DNA of 37,147 bases from contig JBEUKZ010000091.1 in the NCBI GenBank assembly GCA_048128005.1, forward strand, positions 1 to 37,147, read 5' to 3'. The DNA comes from Veleropilina oligotropha. Its lineage: Eukaryota. Positions 9,049 to 17,774 of the stretch are shown here, one piece after another. Position 1 is the first letter of the stretch; every line of letters starts with the position of its first letter. The position numbers and the translations under genes are program-made. The notes below the pieces were generated by a model. That model was not told the origin of the DNA, searched no databases, and was given only the letters and a program-made list of their open reading frames with translations.

Positions 9049-9477
9049 ATGGCTTCCATTGCGATGCTGGTTGGGGGCGCTCTCGTCAACGCCCTCGCCT
9101 TCAGCGGGTCCAACTTCCTCTTCTCGAAGCTACGCAGCTCCAGTGTTGATGAGGAGCGTAAACGCCACGACAAAGCCGTAGAGCAGCTCAACGCCGCTCA
9201 GACTAAATGGTCCCAAAAGAGGGCAGAGCGTCTCGACTGGCTGAACGTTGAACTTCGCCGCCAGGGTCACGCTGTTGGCACATTCCGGGATGTTGACGCC
9301 GCTATCCGTGAGTATGCATTGATCACCGGCAAGAACCTTGACCCCGGCCTGGGAGGTGGCCCTGAGCCCGCCCTGTCCGACCACTACACGCCGAGCGATG
9401 ACCAAAAGGGATGTGAGATCACCTTCATCATCCTGGGGATGGCGGCGACCGGGTTGGTCGCCTACAAGCTCGCCTAA
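9049..9477 (+). CDS. Membrane protein with hydrophobic termini and central coiled coil (142 aa)
   Basis: N-terminal MASIAMLVGGALVNALAFSGSNFLF, charged helix EERKRHDKAVEQL, and C-terminal ITFIILGMAATGLVAYKL. Confidence 0.8.
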   Translation: MASIAMLVGGALVNALAFSGSNFLFSKLRSSSVDEERKRHDKAVEQLNAAQTKWSQKRAERLDWLNVELRRQGHAVGTFRDVDAAIREYALITGKNLDPGLGGGPEPALSDHYTPSDDQKGCEITFIILGMAATGLVAYKLA

Positions 9478-9519
9478 TTATTTCTATAGTGAACATTTTT
9501 TTCGTTGGCATGTATAATA

Positions 9520-9741
9520 ATGGGGCTCCCAGAAGAGCTGTACTGCGCTATGCTTGCGGTCGGCCTTGGTACTACGTTACTCGACTGCTGGTGCCGCGAC
9601 GAAAAGACTATGGTGCGGTTCGCGGTCATGGTGCTCTCGGGCCCGACCAACCTACGGGCGACGACTGCGCAGCGACCGGCTCCGGAAGCTGAAGCCTGTT
9701 GGAGACTGATCAGTTTACTGGAATACATTGCTGATGGATAG
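9520..9741 (+). CDS. Small hypothetical protein upstream of integrase
   Basis: ATG follows an AT-rich spacer (tataataATG); its stop overlaps the integrase start. Confidence 0.45.
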   Translation: MGLPEELYCAMLAVGLGTTLLDCWCRDEKTMVRFAVMVLSGPTNLRATTAQRPAPEAEACWRLISLLEYIADG

Positions 9742-10732
9742 TAAGCTTGCGAGGATATACTACAGCCCTAAGGGCTACTGGAAAGGCATTGCCGCGATAA
9801 AGAAACTAGCTGAGGCTGCCAAGGCGTCTGAAGTGGAGGCCCGGACATGGCTTAAGAGGCAGGCTATATGGCAGATCTATTTACCTGCGCCACGGCGGAT
9901 TCCAAGACCACGGTTTGACGTTACGACGCCGAACGAGGTTCACCAAGCCGATCTCCTGTTTCTCCCCCACGACAAGGTCAGTCGTACAACGTACAAGTAC
10001 GCTTTGACTGTGGTCGATGTGGCCAGTCGCTTTAAAGAAGCTGAGCCTCTGGCCACAAAAGAGGCCAAAGGGGTTGCTGAAGCTCTGTCTCGAATCTACA
10101 GGTGGAGTCCTCTTAGCTGGCCGAAATTGCTTCAGGTTGATCCAGGGCGAGAGTTTATGGGTACGGTTTCCCAGCTGCTGGCAAAGAATAACGTCGAGGT
10201 TAGGCGTGGCCGTGTGGATATCCATCGCGATCAGGGCATTGTGGAGCGCTTCAACCGGACGCTCGCTGAGCAGCTCTTCGGGCACCAGTACGCAACAGAG
10301 ATGCGGTTTGCAGAGTCTGCGAAAGAGGGTCAAAGGTCGACTGAGTGGGTCGCCCGGTTACCGGCCGTAGTTGCGGCCTTGAATGGGGAAGTGACCCGCC
10401 TCACCGGTAAAAAGCCAAAGGATGCCATTAAGGCACCTCGCGTTGCCCAAAAGCCAGGCGCCACTGTTCCAGACCGACAGGGGAAGGAACTGAAACTCCC
10501 CTCTGATGTAGATGTTCGATACCTTTACTACGATGGTGAGCTGGAGGGGGGTCGCCGCCGTGCTACTGACCCGGTGTGGTCTCTAAAAGTTTACAGGCTT
10601 GGACGCTCCGTCACGAAGCCTGACGAGCCTGTGCTCTACTACTTGCTCGATGGACCACCGCGTGGGTTTGTTCATGAGGAACTTCTCGTGGTGCCTCGTG
10701 ACACCCAGCTGCCGCCGGTTCTCAGGCGTTAA
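9734..10732 (+). CDS. Retroviral-like (rve) DDE integrase of Polinton type
   Basis: IYYSPKG N-terminus; catalytic HQADL, LQVDPGREF and GIVERFNRTL; YALTVVDVASRF; SH3-like C-terminus (WSLKVY...LYYL). No chromodomain visible. Confidence 0.95.
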   Translation: MDSKLARIYYSPKGYWKGIAAIKKLAEAAKASEVEARTWLKRQAIWQIYLPAPRRIPRPRFDVTTPNEVHQADLLFLPHDKVSRTTYKYALTVVDVASRFKEAEPLATKEAKGVAEALSRIYRWSPLSWPKLLQVDPGREFMGTVSQLLAKNNVEVRRGRVDIHRDQGIVERFNRTLAEQLFGHQYATEMRFAESAKEGQRSTEWVARLPAVVAALNGEVTRLTGKKPKDAIKAPRVAQKPGATVPDRQGKELKLPSDVDVRYLYYDGELEGGRRRATDPVWSLKVYRLGRSVTKPDEPVLYYLLDGPPRGFVHEELLVVPRDTQLPPVLRR

Positions 10733-13700
10733 CAGCTGCTGCTCCCTCGTTTTCGGTTACATTCCAGACACGTTAAGCGCACGTTGTCGCGGATGTGGCC
10801 CCTGCTGTTGTCCACACGGTCGACACTGAACTGCTGTGTGTCTTTGGGCTGGTAGGCCCAGAGCAGCTCTATGTTGCATGCTGCGCAGCGGTTGTTTTGG
10901 GCGTCTTTGAGCTGCAGGATGTTATCGACCTTGAGGTTAAACCCCGGGAGACCTTGGCCTGGTCCTGGCGCATGTATGACACAAGCTTTTTCTGGATGGT
11001 CTTTCGGAGCTGCTGCTCGGTTTGGGGCGGCGGCCGGTCCTCAGCACCCTCATCCGGAGGACAGGTTACCCGTTCGAGCTGATGCAGATGCTCCACCCGG
11101 GACACGGCTAGGTAGGCGAGATTACTCCACTGAAGGTAGTCGTCGATGATCCAGACTTTCTGTGGGTCGTGAATCGTAAGACCCTGGCTCGAATGGATGG
11201 TGAGAGCATAGCCCAGGCGCCAATCCGGGGTCAGGATAGCCCTCTCAGCGGCGTCAATGGTGACCTCTATGACGTCATTGAGAACTAGCTCCTCTCGTTC
11301 GTCGGTGCCCAGAATGGTTACCATGATGTTTTGCTTACGGGTGTCCCTGGGGTGGTACAGGATAGGAACCAGGGAGTCTGGGAAGTGCTCCTTGTGCCTC
11401 TGGCGCAACAGCTGTTGAGCCCGTTCGCGGACCTTCTGACGGCTGGTGAGGATTAGGTCGCCTGGCTTCCAGGTGTTGACGAACCGATCCCATCCAAGGC
11501 AGCTGGGGAGAGTCCTACGCATCTCGTCGCACTGGACTTTGTCGGGCTGGAGACGTATCCGTCTTTTCAGGGCTTGGAGGGCAGGGTCGTCTTTCGCCCT
11601 GAAGTCTACTTCGATCTCTTCATAGTAGTCCGCGGTCTTTCGCAGCCAATCGTGCGGCATCTCGCCCGTAATCGGTGGTGGCTGGCCCTGATCGCCACAG
11701 CAGATAACCTGAACTTCGTGGTGGCCCAGCCAGTCCAAGAACATCTCGAGGATGTGCCGGGGAACTGTGCAGACCTCGTCCCAGATAATGACGCGGGGAT
11801 GAACTTCTGACCCATGCGATCAGGTGTCCAGTCAGTCTGGCCGCTCCATCGGAAGAAACTGTGGTAGGTCTGGGCTTTGACACCTCGGGTCCGCATTGCT
11901 TTAGCGAGGCGGTGGGTTGGCGTGAACACGATGGGGTTTCTCGCCCGGAAGAGCTCGATCGCTCTCGTAGTCTTGCCACAGCCCCCTCCACCATTGAGGT
12001 AACTCAGGCGATGGTGGGTCAGCGTGTCATTGTAGCATGGCGCGGTGCTTGGCTGGCTGGAATTGGCGGCACAACAATACTCTGGCTTGGGTAGGTATGC
12101 GGCATGTTCCTGTGGCATGTACAGCTGTTCGCCCTTGTCACGCCACTGGGCCGGTGCTACTGGCGGAAGGTACGTCTCCCCGATCAGACAGGAGATGCAA
12201 GATTTCTCACCACAGTCGCAGAGTTTGGGGGCAACGTACACCGTGACATCGTCGAGCTTCTCCAACGAGGCCTTCTTGAGGTAGATGCTGTCAGTGGCTA
12301 CCCGGACAGCCTCGTCAGGGGTGAAACGCTGAAGCATTGAGAGAAGGTTGATGTGGGCATAGGCCAGCATCGAGGCCCTCAGGTGGGCGTACTGTGGCTG
12401 AGAGCCATCATAGTATGTGAGGATGTGACCCATAGGGCACCTTTGAGGTGCGCCGACCAGGGTACCGTTTTGGCGGGTGTCTCTTACGAGGAAGTCCAGT
12501 TCTCCCTGGTCGGTTACCAGTCTACGAGTCAATCGCTTTCCGTCTGCCTTGGCGCCTTGGGTGAATTTGCCGATAATGCTGCAGCCCTGGTCACGGTTCT
12601 CAGGAAGCCAGACATCGGTCTGCTTTTTGAATGCGATGATGGCTTCTCGGATCTTGAGTGTCTTCACGAGGCCGGACTCTACGAGGTAGGTGAGCAGAGG
12701 CGTCGGGCCCATCCATTCTCTGCAAAGTGCTTTCCGAACCAGGCGGGAATGACGGGGTGGATGTCTTGTGCGAACTCCCATTCCACGACCTCAGCAAACC
12801 CAGTGCCGATATCTTCGGGAAGAGGACCGTTAATTGCGACCCGGGTCATGCTGTGGAGTGGGTGTCCGAATCTTTCGAAATAGGGCTTAGCCTCGCCCTT
12901 CCCCTGAAAGCTTGCAGGGTAGCAGGATTTCATATCGATGCAGCAGACATCTCTCGTGTCATAGCCCATGGAATTCCAAAGGCCACCGTGACCATGCTCT
13001 ACGCAGGCCTTCTGGATATCATCGAGCAGGCCCGCTGGGGTCTGTTTCCAGCCGTTGTGCTCCTTGGCCATAATGCTAGCTGCATGGTTCTCGCCAAAGG
13101 CTCGATCGGCAAGAGACTCGTCCCCCCCCCCCCCAGAGCCTTACAGGCTTCTTGGAGTCTCTCGTGATCATCTTTTGTCCTGTAAGTGCAGCCGTCCTGA
13201 AGCGCGAACTGGTTCACGTTGAGCTGTCGGTCTGTACCGCCAAGGAGCCAGACAGCTAATGGCTCATTCTGTGTGGCTTGTCGGATAGCTTCCCAGACAT
13301 CGCCCTCATACAGGTGGACCTCGCGAGACTGCGGAAAGTGCAGCTCTTTGGACCATGCATGGCCGTTGTGACAGATGAGTTCTACGTTTCTGTGCCGGGA
13401 GCCCTGGTACTTCCCACTGTTGTAGATGTCCTCGCCAGCAATGTCTCTCAAGGTAATCGCCCGCTTCAGTATCTTCTCGAGGATGGATATATCATCCACT
13501 GTGGCGCCTGTTACATGAACTCGCTCTTCCCACTCCTGTATTTTCTGCCGCCTTGTCGGGGTGAGTCCGTTTCCTCGCAGGGCACCTTCAAAGTGCTCAA
13601 TCACTCTTTGGGCAACGCAGTTGAGGTCGCCGTTTTTCATTGGTACCAGGTTGGCGGGGTTTGGTTCTCTGAGAGGGTAGAGGCCGTAGACGACTGCAGT

Positions 13701-14589
13701 GACCGGGTAGGCGTTCTCGTAGTAGACTTTGTCGACCCCAGTTATAGCACCCGGCTTAGTGTCATGAGATATCTCAAAGACGCCCTGGCCTTCCTTTCTC
13801 GCAGCCTTCACCGGGTCAAACTTGTCTTCGACCATCCAGTCACCTTGACCCCACTCACGCAAGAATTTTATTCTAAGGACATACTCGCCTTTTGGAAGGG
13901 CTGTCAGGAGCTGTGCCGCCCTCGCGTCTGTCATACGGGCATCCAGGGCCAGCCTCGCTTCGATGCCATGTTCGATCTTAATGTCCACTTCTACCCTCCA
14001 TGTGGAGAAGGCCGCCGCGGCGCCATCGACCTCAAACTCGTCTTTGGCGTTGTTCAAGAGTTCCACCCATGGCTCTTTTGCTGGGAGCCTTACTGGGGGA
14101 GGGGCCTGGTTATCCAGGTCGATGAACTGTTGCCCCTCTGTTGTGGTAAGCAGCCCTAGAAGATCCTTCTGGTAGTCCTGGGCTGTCCGGGGCTTTTTGG
14201 AGATGAGAAGATCGGGCCCCTTCCGAGCAATTGCCTGGGCAAGGGTCTCTTTCCGAGACCGCTTGACGATTCGATCCGTGATGGCGCGAAGCGGCTTCAG
14301 TCGAATCCCGGGCATTTTCTCAGCTTGGATTTCATATTTACGGACCTTCAGAGCCGCGTCGACCTCGTCCTTAAGCTGCCGCAACTCGCGAGCACGTCGG
14401 CCTCTTTTTGTGGGGGTTCTCCACATCGCCACGGATGGAGGGGAATCTACCCGTTTTCATCGCCCGCTCGATTCACCTCCGAAACTCCGCAGCACGGACC
14501 CTGGCGATTGCCCTGATGAGGTCGTGCTTCTTGAGCTTCGACCGAGCGGGAATACCATAATCTTTCGCTAGATTGCGCAGTTCATCCAT
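10729..14589 (-). pseudogene. Replicase fusion: HeH/Rho_N-like motif, divergent family B DNA polymerase, SF1B helicase, HNH nuclease (frameshifted)
   Basis: Consecutive overlapping minus-strand frames give PolB motif A CIDMKSCYP (~12915-12945), motif-B-like IIGKF and motif C VATDSIY (~12281-12301). Helicase motifs: NGGGGCGKT, TPTH, TYHSFF, VIIWDEV, CGDQGQ, FR, YALTIHSSQGLT, YLAVSR. C-terminus: CAAC...SVDRVDNSRGHIRDNVRLTCLECN. Confidence 0.85.
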
Positions 14590-14633
14590 GTTGCTGGGTG
14601 GGTATACACTAGGATCTTTACTTATCTAATAGG
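14587..14633 (-). promoter_or_regulatory. Candidate viral promoter motif, copy 1 (replicase gene)
   Basis: CCTATTAGA-N9-ATCCTAGTGTATACC-N11-ATG; same motif and spacing as the copies at 15140 (+) and 15564 (-). Confidence 0.7.
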
Positions 14634-14637
14634 AGAT

Positions 14638-14913
14638 TTATGTGTGGTAAATTGCAGCCATGCGCCGAAACTCTCTCTCGAAGGCCCTTTTCTTTCGTTG
14701 CCAGTCCATACCGTTCTCACTCTTATACCCACAGCCCTTACACAACGTAAGCCGGTTAAAGATGCCTTTGCCGCATTTGATGCAGGGCTTTGTGCCCCAG
14801 CCATTTCGCCGGAGCCGAGCCAGGTGGACTTTACAGAACTCTTTCAGACAACGCTTACCGCATAGTTCTGTAGAGCTTATGGTAAGCCAGTGACAGGTGT
14901 CTGTGCCCTTCAT
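14638..14913 (-). CDS. Small basic Cys/His zinc-binding protein (~91 aa)
   Basis: C-x10-C...FCKVH followed by CIKC...CKGC. The ATG at 14913 is preceded by TATTAGA and TATACCC motifs. Confidence 0.7.
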   Translation of the reverse strand: MKGTDTCHWLTISSTELCGKRCLKEFCKVHLARLRRNGWGTKPCIKCGKGIFNRLTLCKGCGYKSENGMDWQRKKRAFEREFRRMAAIYHT

Positions 14914-15139
14914 CGTATCCTTTGCAGTGGGTATATCCTGTGATGTGGGTATATCTAATACGACACCTCTCGCCATGCAACTACACGCTACCAGCAGGAA
15001 CGACATATTTATATAACAGCTGCTCGGGGATTCCCCCAGCTTCTATTCATAGCCCGTTCAGCCGTCTACTGTTGTCACATTCATGCCCGCTGGTCTTATC
15101 ACCATACGCGTCTATTATTAGCACTGCTGACCCAGATTT

Positions 15140-15185
15140 CCTATTAGATGAATGAAGATCCTAGTATATACCTGCCCAGCACATG
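15140..15185 (+). promoter_or_regulatory. Candidate viral promoter motif, copy 2
   Basis: CCTATTAGA-N9-ATCCTAGTATATACC-N10-ATG. Confidence 0.65.
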
Positions 15186-15293
15186 GCGACTTCATTGAGT
15201 ACCTGCTAACTCGTATACAGCCTAATAGCAATACAGCCTAACTTGAAAGGTTGTTAATAATTATTATGGTGGCCTCTGACAGATTGAACCAGG

Positions 15294-15517
15294 CTACGGC
15301 TGAAATGCAAGGTGCTTCTGATCAGGATTAAAAGGCAACTGATTGCACCCCAGGCTACGGCTGAAATACAAGGGGGCTTCACAATAAGGCAACACTTGAT
15401 GGAAGGACATGAAGACGGCCAGTGTCCTGAATTCACGGTTCTTCTTGTTGCTAGCAGTAGTGATCATAAGTGTGGTATTACGATTTAGCAAGTTCTCTAA
15501 GGGAGATACGCACCCAT
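15294..15517 (-). pseudogene. Small ORF behind promoter copy 3, frameshifted after ~5 codons
   Basis: ATG GGT GCG TAT CTC connects to ORF 15294-15491 if one base is added at a CCC run. Confidence 0.4.
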
Positions 15518-15564
15518 CTTGATATATGTCGGGTATACACCAGGATAGCCATTGCTCTAATAGG
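15515..15564 (-). promoter_or_regulatory. Candidate viral promoter motif, copy 3
   Basis: CCTATTAGA-N9-ATCCTGGTGTATACC-N14-ATG. Confidence 0.65.
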
Positions 15565-15861
15565 AAAAAAGATGAGCCTGGGCCGGCGAGGGTTGTGGGC
15601 CGTCCCTAAGGGCTCTTGTGGGTATAGCTAATAGAAGTCACTGGTGCTGGGAGCCTTATTGCCCATTCTAAAAAAGTCTATTCACCCCTTGACTCACTCG
15701 ACAACAATAGCTTGTATTTACATCGACGAGTAACTGTATATGGCACGCTTCTACTAGGTCAACTCGTCGTCGGGCGACGTAACTAGGCAACCAGGTAGCT
15801 TATGAATAGACTATCGATTGTATTGTTGTTCATAAGCTAACCTGGTTTTCGGACAGCGCTG

Positions 15862-16047
15862 TCTGTACACACGGTGACTTTTGTAATACACGCTATACCC
15901 TCAGTCCCGAAATAGGGCTGGGAGCCCCCACCCCCGGACCCCACCCTAACTCCCTAGTCCCCCCCAGTAATACCAGCTCAGTTCTGAACAGGTGCTGGGA
16001 GCCTTATTTTTCCATTCTAAAAAGTCCACTGACCCCCCTCTGCTGCT
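15862..16047 (-). repeat. Right terminal inverted repeat
   Basis: Matches the reverse complement of 5-197 and ends in tgctgct. Confidence 0.95.
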
Positions 16048-16052
16048 CGAGT
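16048..16052 (+). repeat. Probable 5-bp target site duplication (CGAGT)
   Basis: Right flank reads cgagt. Left flank (1-4) reads gagt immediately before the element; the fifth base is outside the window. Confidence 0.7.
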
Positions 16053-16378
16053 CGATCTTGAGCGCACGGTTGGTATATGTCTACTAATATAGCGAACATG
16101 AGCATTGTCTGAAAGCTATCTCGATTGAAATATGGACAATGCTAAACTTTCTATTATTGTAGCGTCTTACCAGTGTAAATGGCTGTGTTGCCTTGTAGAC
16201 AAGAAACCATGTACAATGCGGATTTAAGCAATACATGAGCTTATATATAAGCCAGTGTTGTCATGATAGGAATACACGTGTACAAACTTGAGCCATATCT
16301 TAGGGTTATATTTAAATATGTATATCGTTCGCGAGGGCATATTGTTGCGATGGAAAGTAGTAGGAAAACAATTCTTAC

Positions 16379-16641
16379 TTCTGTACCCTTTTCAATCGAA
16401 TATCCCAAGAACGTCAGATCTTGTATTGCGTTATGCGCAGCTAACGGCACATGTGATATGTATCGCAGTGTTTCGAATATGACAGCTTCCGTATATGGCA
16501 TTTGTGATCTGTCCTGATTGGTTGGCATTCTTTCTCTTCCAATGACGTCATCGATCTCTTGCTGAATTAGTCTTTGGACGTCATGTCGGTGTAGCAATAT
16601 CAATATCAATCCCATAATGCCGCCGTAGGTTGTCAGGGTGC
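16379..16641 (-). CDS. Cytochrome P450 exon (I-helix to post-K-helix), probably clan 2
   Basis: (G)TLTT...VQRLIQQEIDDVIG...MPYTEAVIFETLR (ExxR)...GYSIEKGTE. Acceptor tttag, donor gtaaga; 263 nt, phase 1 to 0. Confidence 0.92.
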
Positions 16642-17514
16642 CTAAATACAACAAAGTGCTGAAGCACTGAAGGGACGAAAATGCATCAATTCATTACAAG
16701 AGCCTTGATTAAAACATTGTGAATGTTGTTTATATCAAATATTTATTTGTAGGTGAACCTGCATATCGTCACATTACAGTATGTATTATCAATCGGTGGT
16801 CGTGATCAGTTAAACACAAAGTAAGCGTGTGGTGGGTAAAATTTAAGGTTTACCCCCAGGAAATCTATCAAGTTTGCACAGCACCTAAGTTTTTTGCTGT
16901 TATCTTGAAATATTGCAAGGGCTAGCCAACAGATTTTGGTATTTGGAGACGAAAAAAAAACAGTTTTGACACCTAGGTAGCATTGCATCAACAGTTTAAA
17001 TCTGTAAATTTGTTATGTTGATAGATTCCAAGAGGAAATTCCATATACGCACAAAGCTGTGATGTCAATGGCTTCTATAACCAATCAGTAATTTTAATAT
17101 ACTGATGGATTCCATGAGGTAATTCCATATACACACAAAACTGCGACGTCATTGTATGATGCGCGCACCCTGATCAAGATTAGGCATGTTTCGGGGGCTA
17201 TTTCACATTTGGATTTGCTATTCAAAATTCCCTGGCAAATTCAGGATTACTACAGGTATTAAAATATACCAAAATAGGAATGCAAAATTAATTTTTCAAA
17301 AAATTGAGACCGAAAGTCATCAAAATAGTAGAAAACCTATAATGTCTCAATTGTCAATACCTCAAGTACTGCAGGGAAATGTATCCAAAGTTACATCGCG
17401 TAATCTCCAGAATGTCGCACTATGTCCATCAAATGTTTAGAAATATCTGCGATAACACAATGAACTCTAAAATTAGTGAAGGCCAAGGTGTCCCAGCACT
17501 ACTCATAGTGTTAC

Positions 17515-17623
17515 CGGCAGCCAGCATGTCGAACGCCACACCATCCACTTCCTCCTCCGTCACGTCCGGATGAAGGATCAGTTCGTCGATCATGCCACGC
17601 GGATTCTGTGGGTCTAGGGTGGA
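17515..17623 (-). CDS. Cytochrome P450 exon (H-helix to I-helix); not in the ORF track
   Basis: STLDPQNPRGMIDELILHPDVTEEEVDGVAFDMLAA(G). Acceptor ctttag, donor gtaac; 109 nt. Splices in frame to the next exon, giving the I-helix DMLAAGTLTT. Confidence 0.88.
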
Positions 17624-17774
17624 CTAAAGTTCAAAATAATAAGCTAGAATACGAAATGATACATTTTTCGAGAAATGGACAGACTACATACGATTTCACA
17701 GCACAGCGCTGAATTCTTTTTGTACAAATATTTAATATTGACCACCCATTTGTAACGTGATATTGCAGTGTTAA

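Larger units (their letters stand above)
5..16047. mobile_element. Endogenous Polinton/Maverick-like DNA virus, apparently full length
   Basis: Bounded by inverted repeats with 5'-AGCAGCAG...CTGCTGCT-3' ends. Densely packed, intronless, GC-rich genes for integrase, packaging ATPase, capsid-like proteins and a PolB-like replicase. Sharp switch to AT-rich host DNA after 16047. Confidence 0.93.

Noticed and set aside
9734..10732. LTR retrotransposon or Ginger integrase
   Set aside because: No RT, RNase H, gag or LTRs, and no HHCC zinc finger; the context is Polinton-like.
10869..12000. Helitron RepHel as the source of the Pif1-like helicase
   Set aside because: No HUH/Y2 Rep motifs seen. The helicase is continuous with PolB motifs and lies inside a TIR-bounded integrase/capsid element.
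4565..13134. Programmed ribosomal frameshifting in viral genes
   Set aside because: Too many sites, all in plain G/C runs without X_XXY_YYZ slippery heptamers. Sequencing error or decay is simpler.
10599..14571. Plus-strand ORFs opposite the replicase (e.g. 13278-14159, 12353-12883)
   Set aside because: Antisense frames in GC-rich coding DNA with no recognisable domains.
16241..16378. C-terminal part of the 137-aa P450 ORF
   Set aside because: Intron read-through after the gtaaga donor; P450 similarity stops at KGTE.
16800..17480. Possible MITE or repeat fragment in the P450 intron (direct repeats at ~17018 and ~17105)
   Set aside because: A short duplication is visible, but I could not define termini or a TSD.
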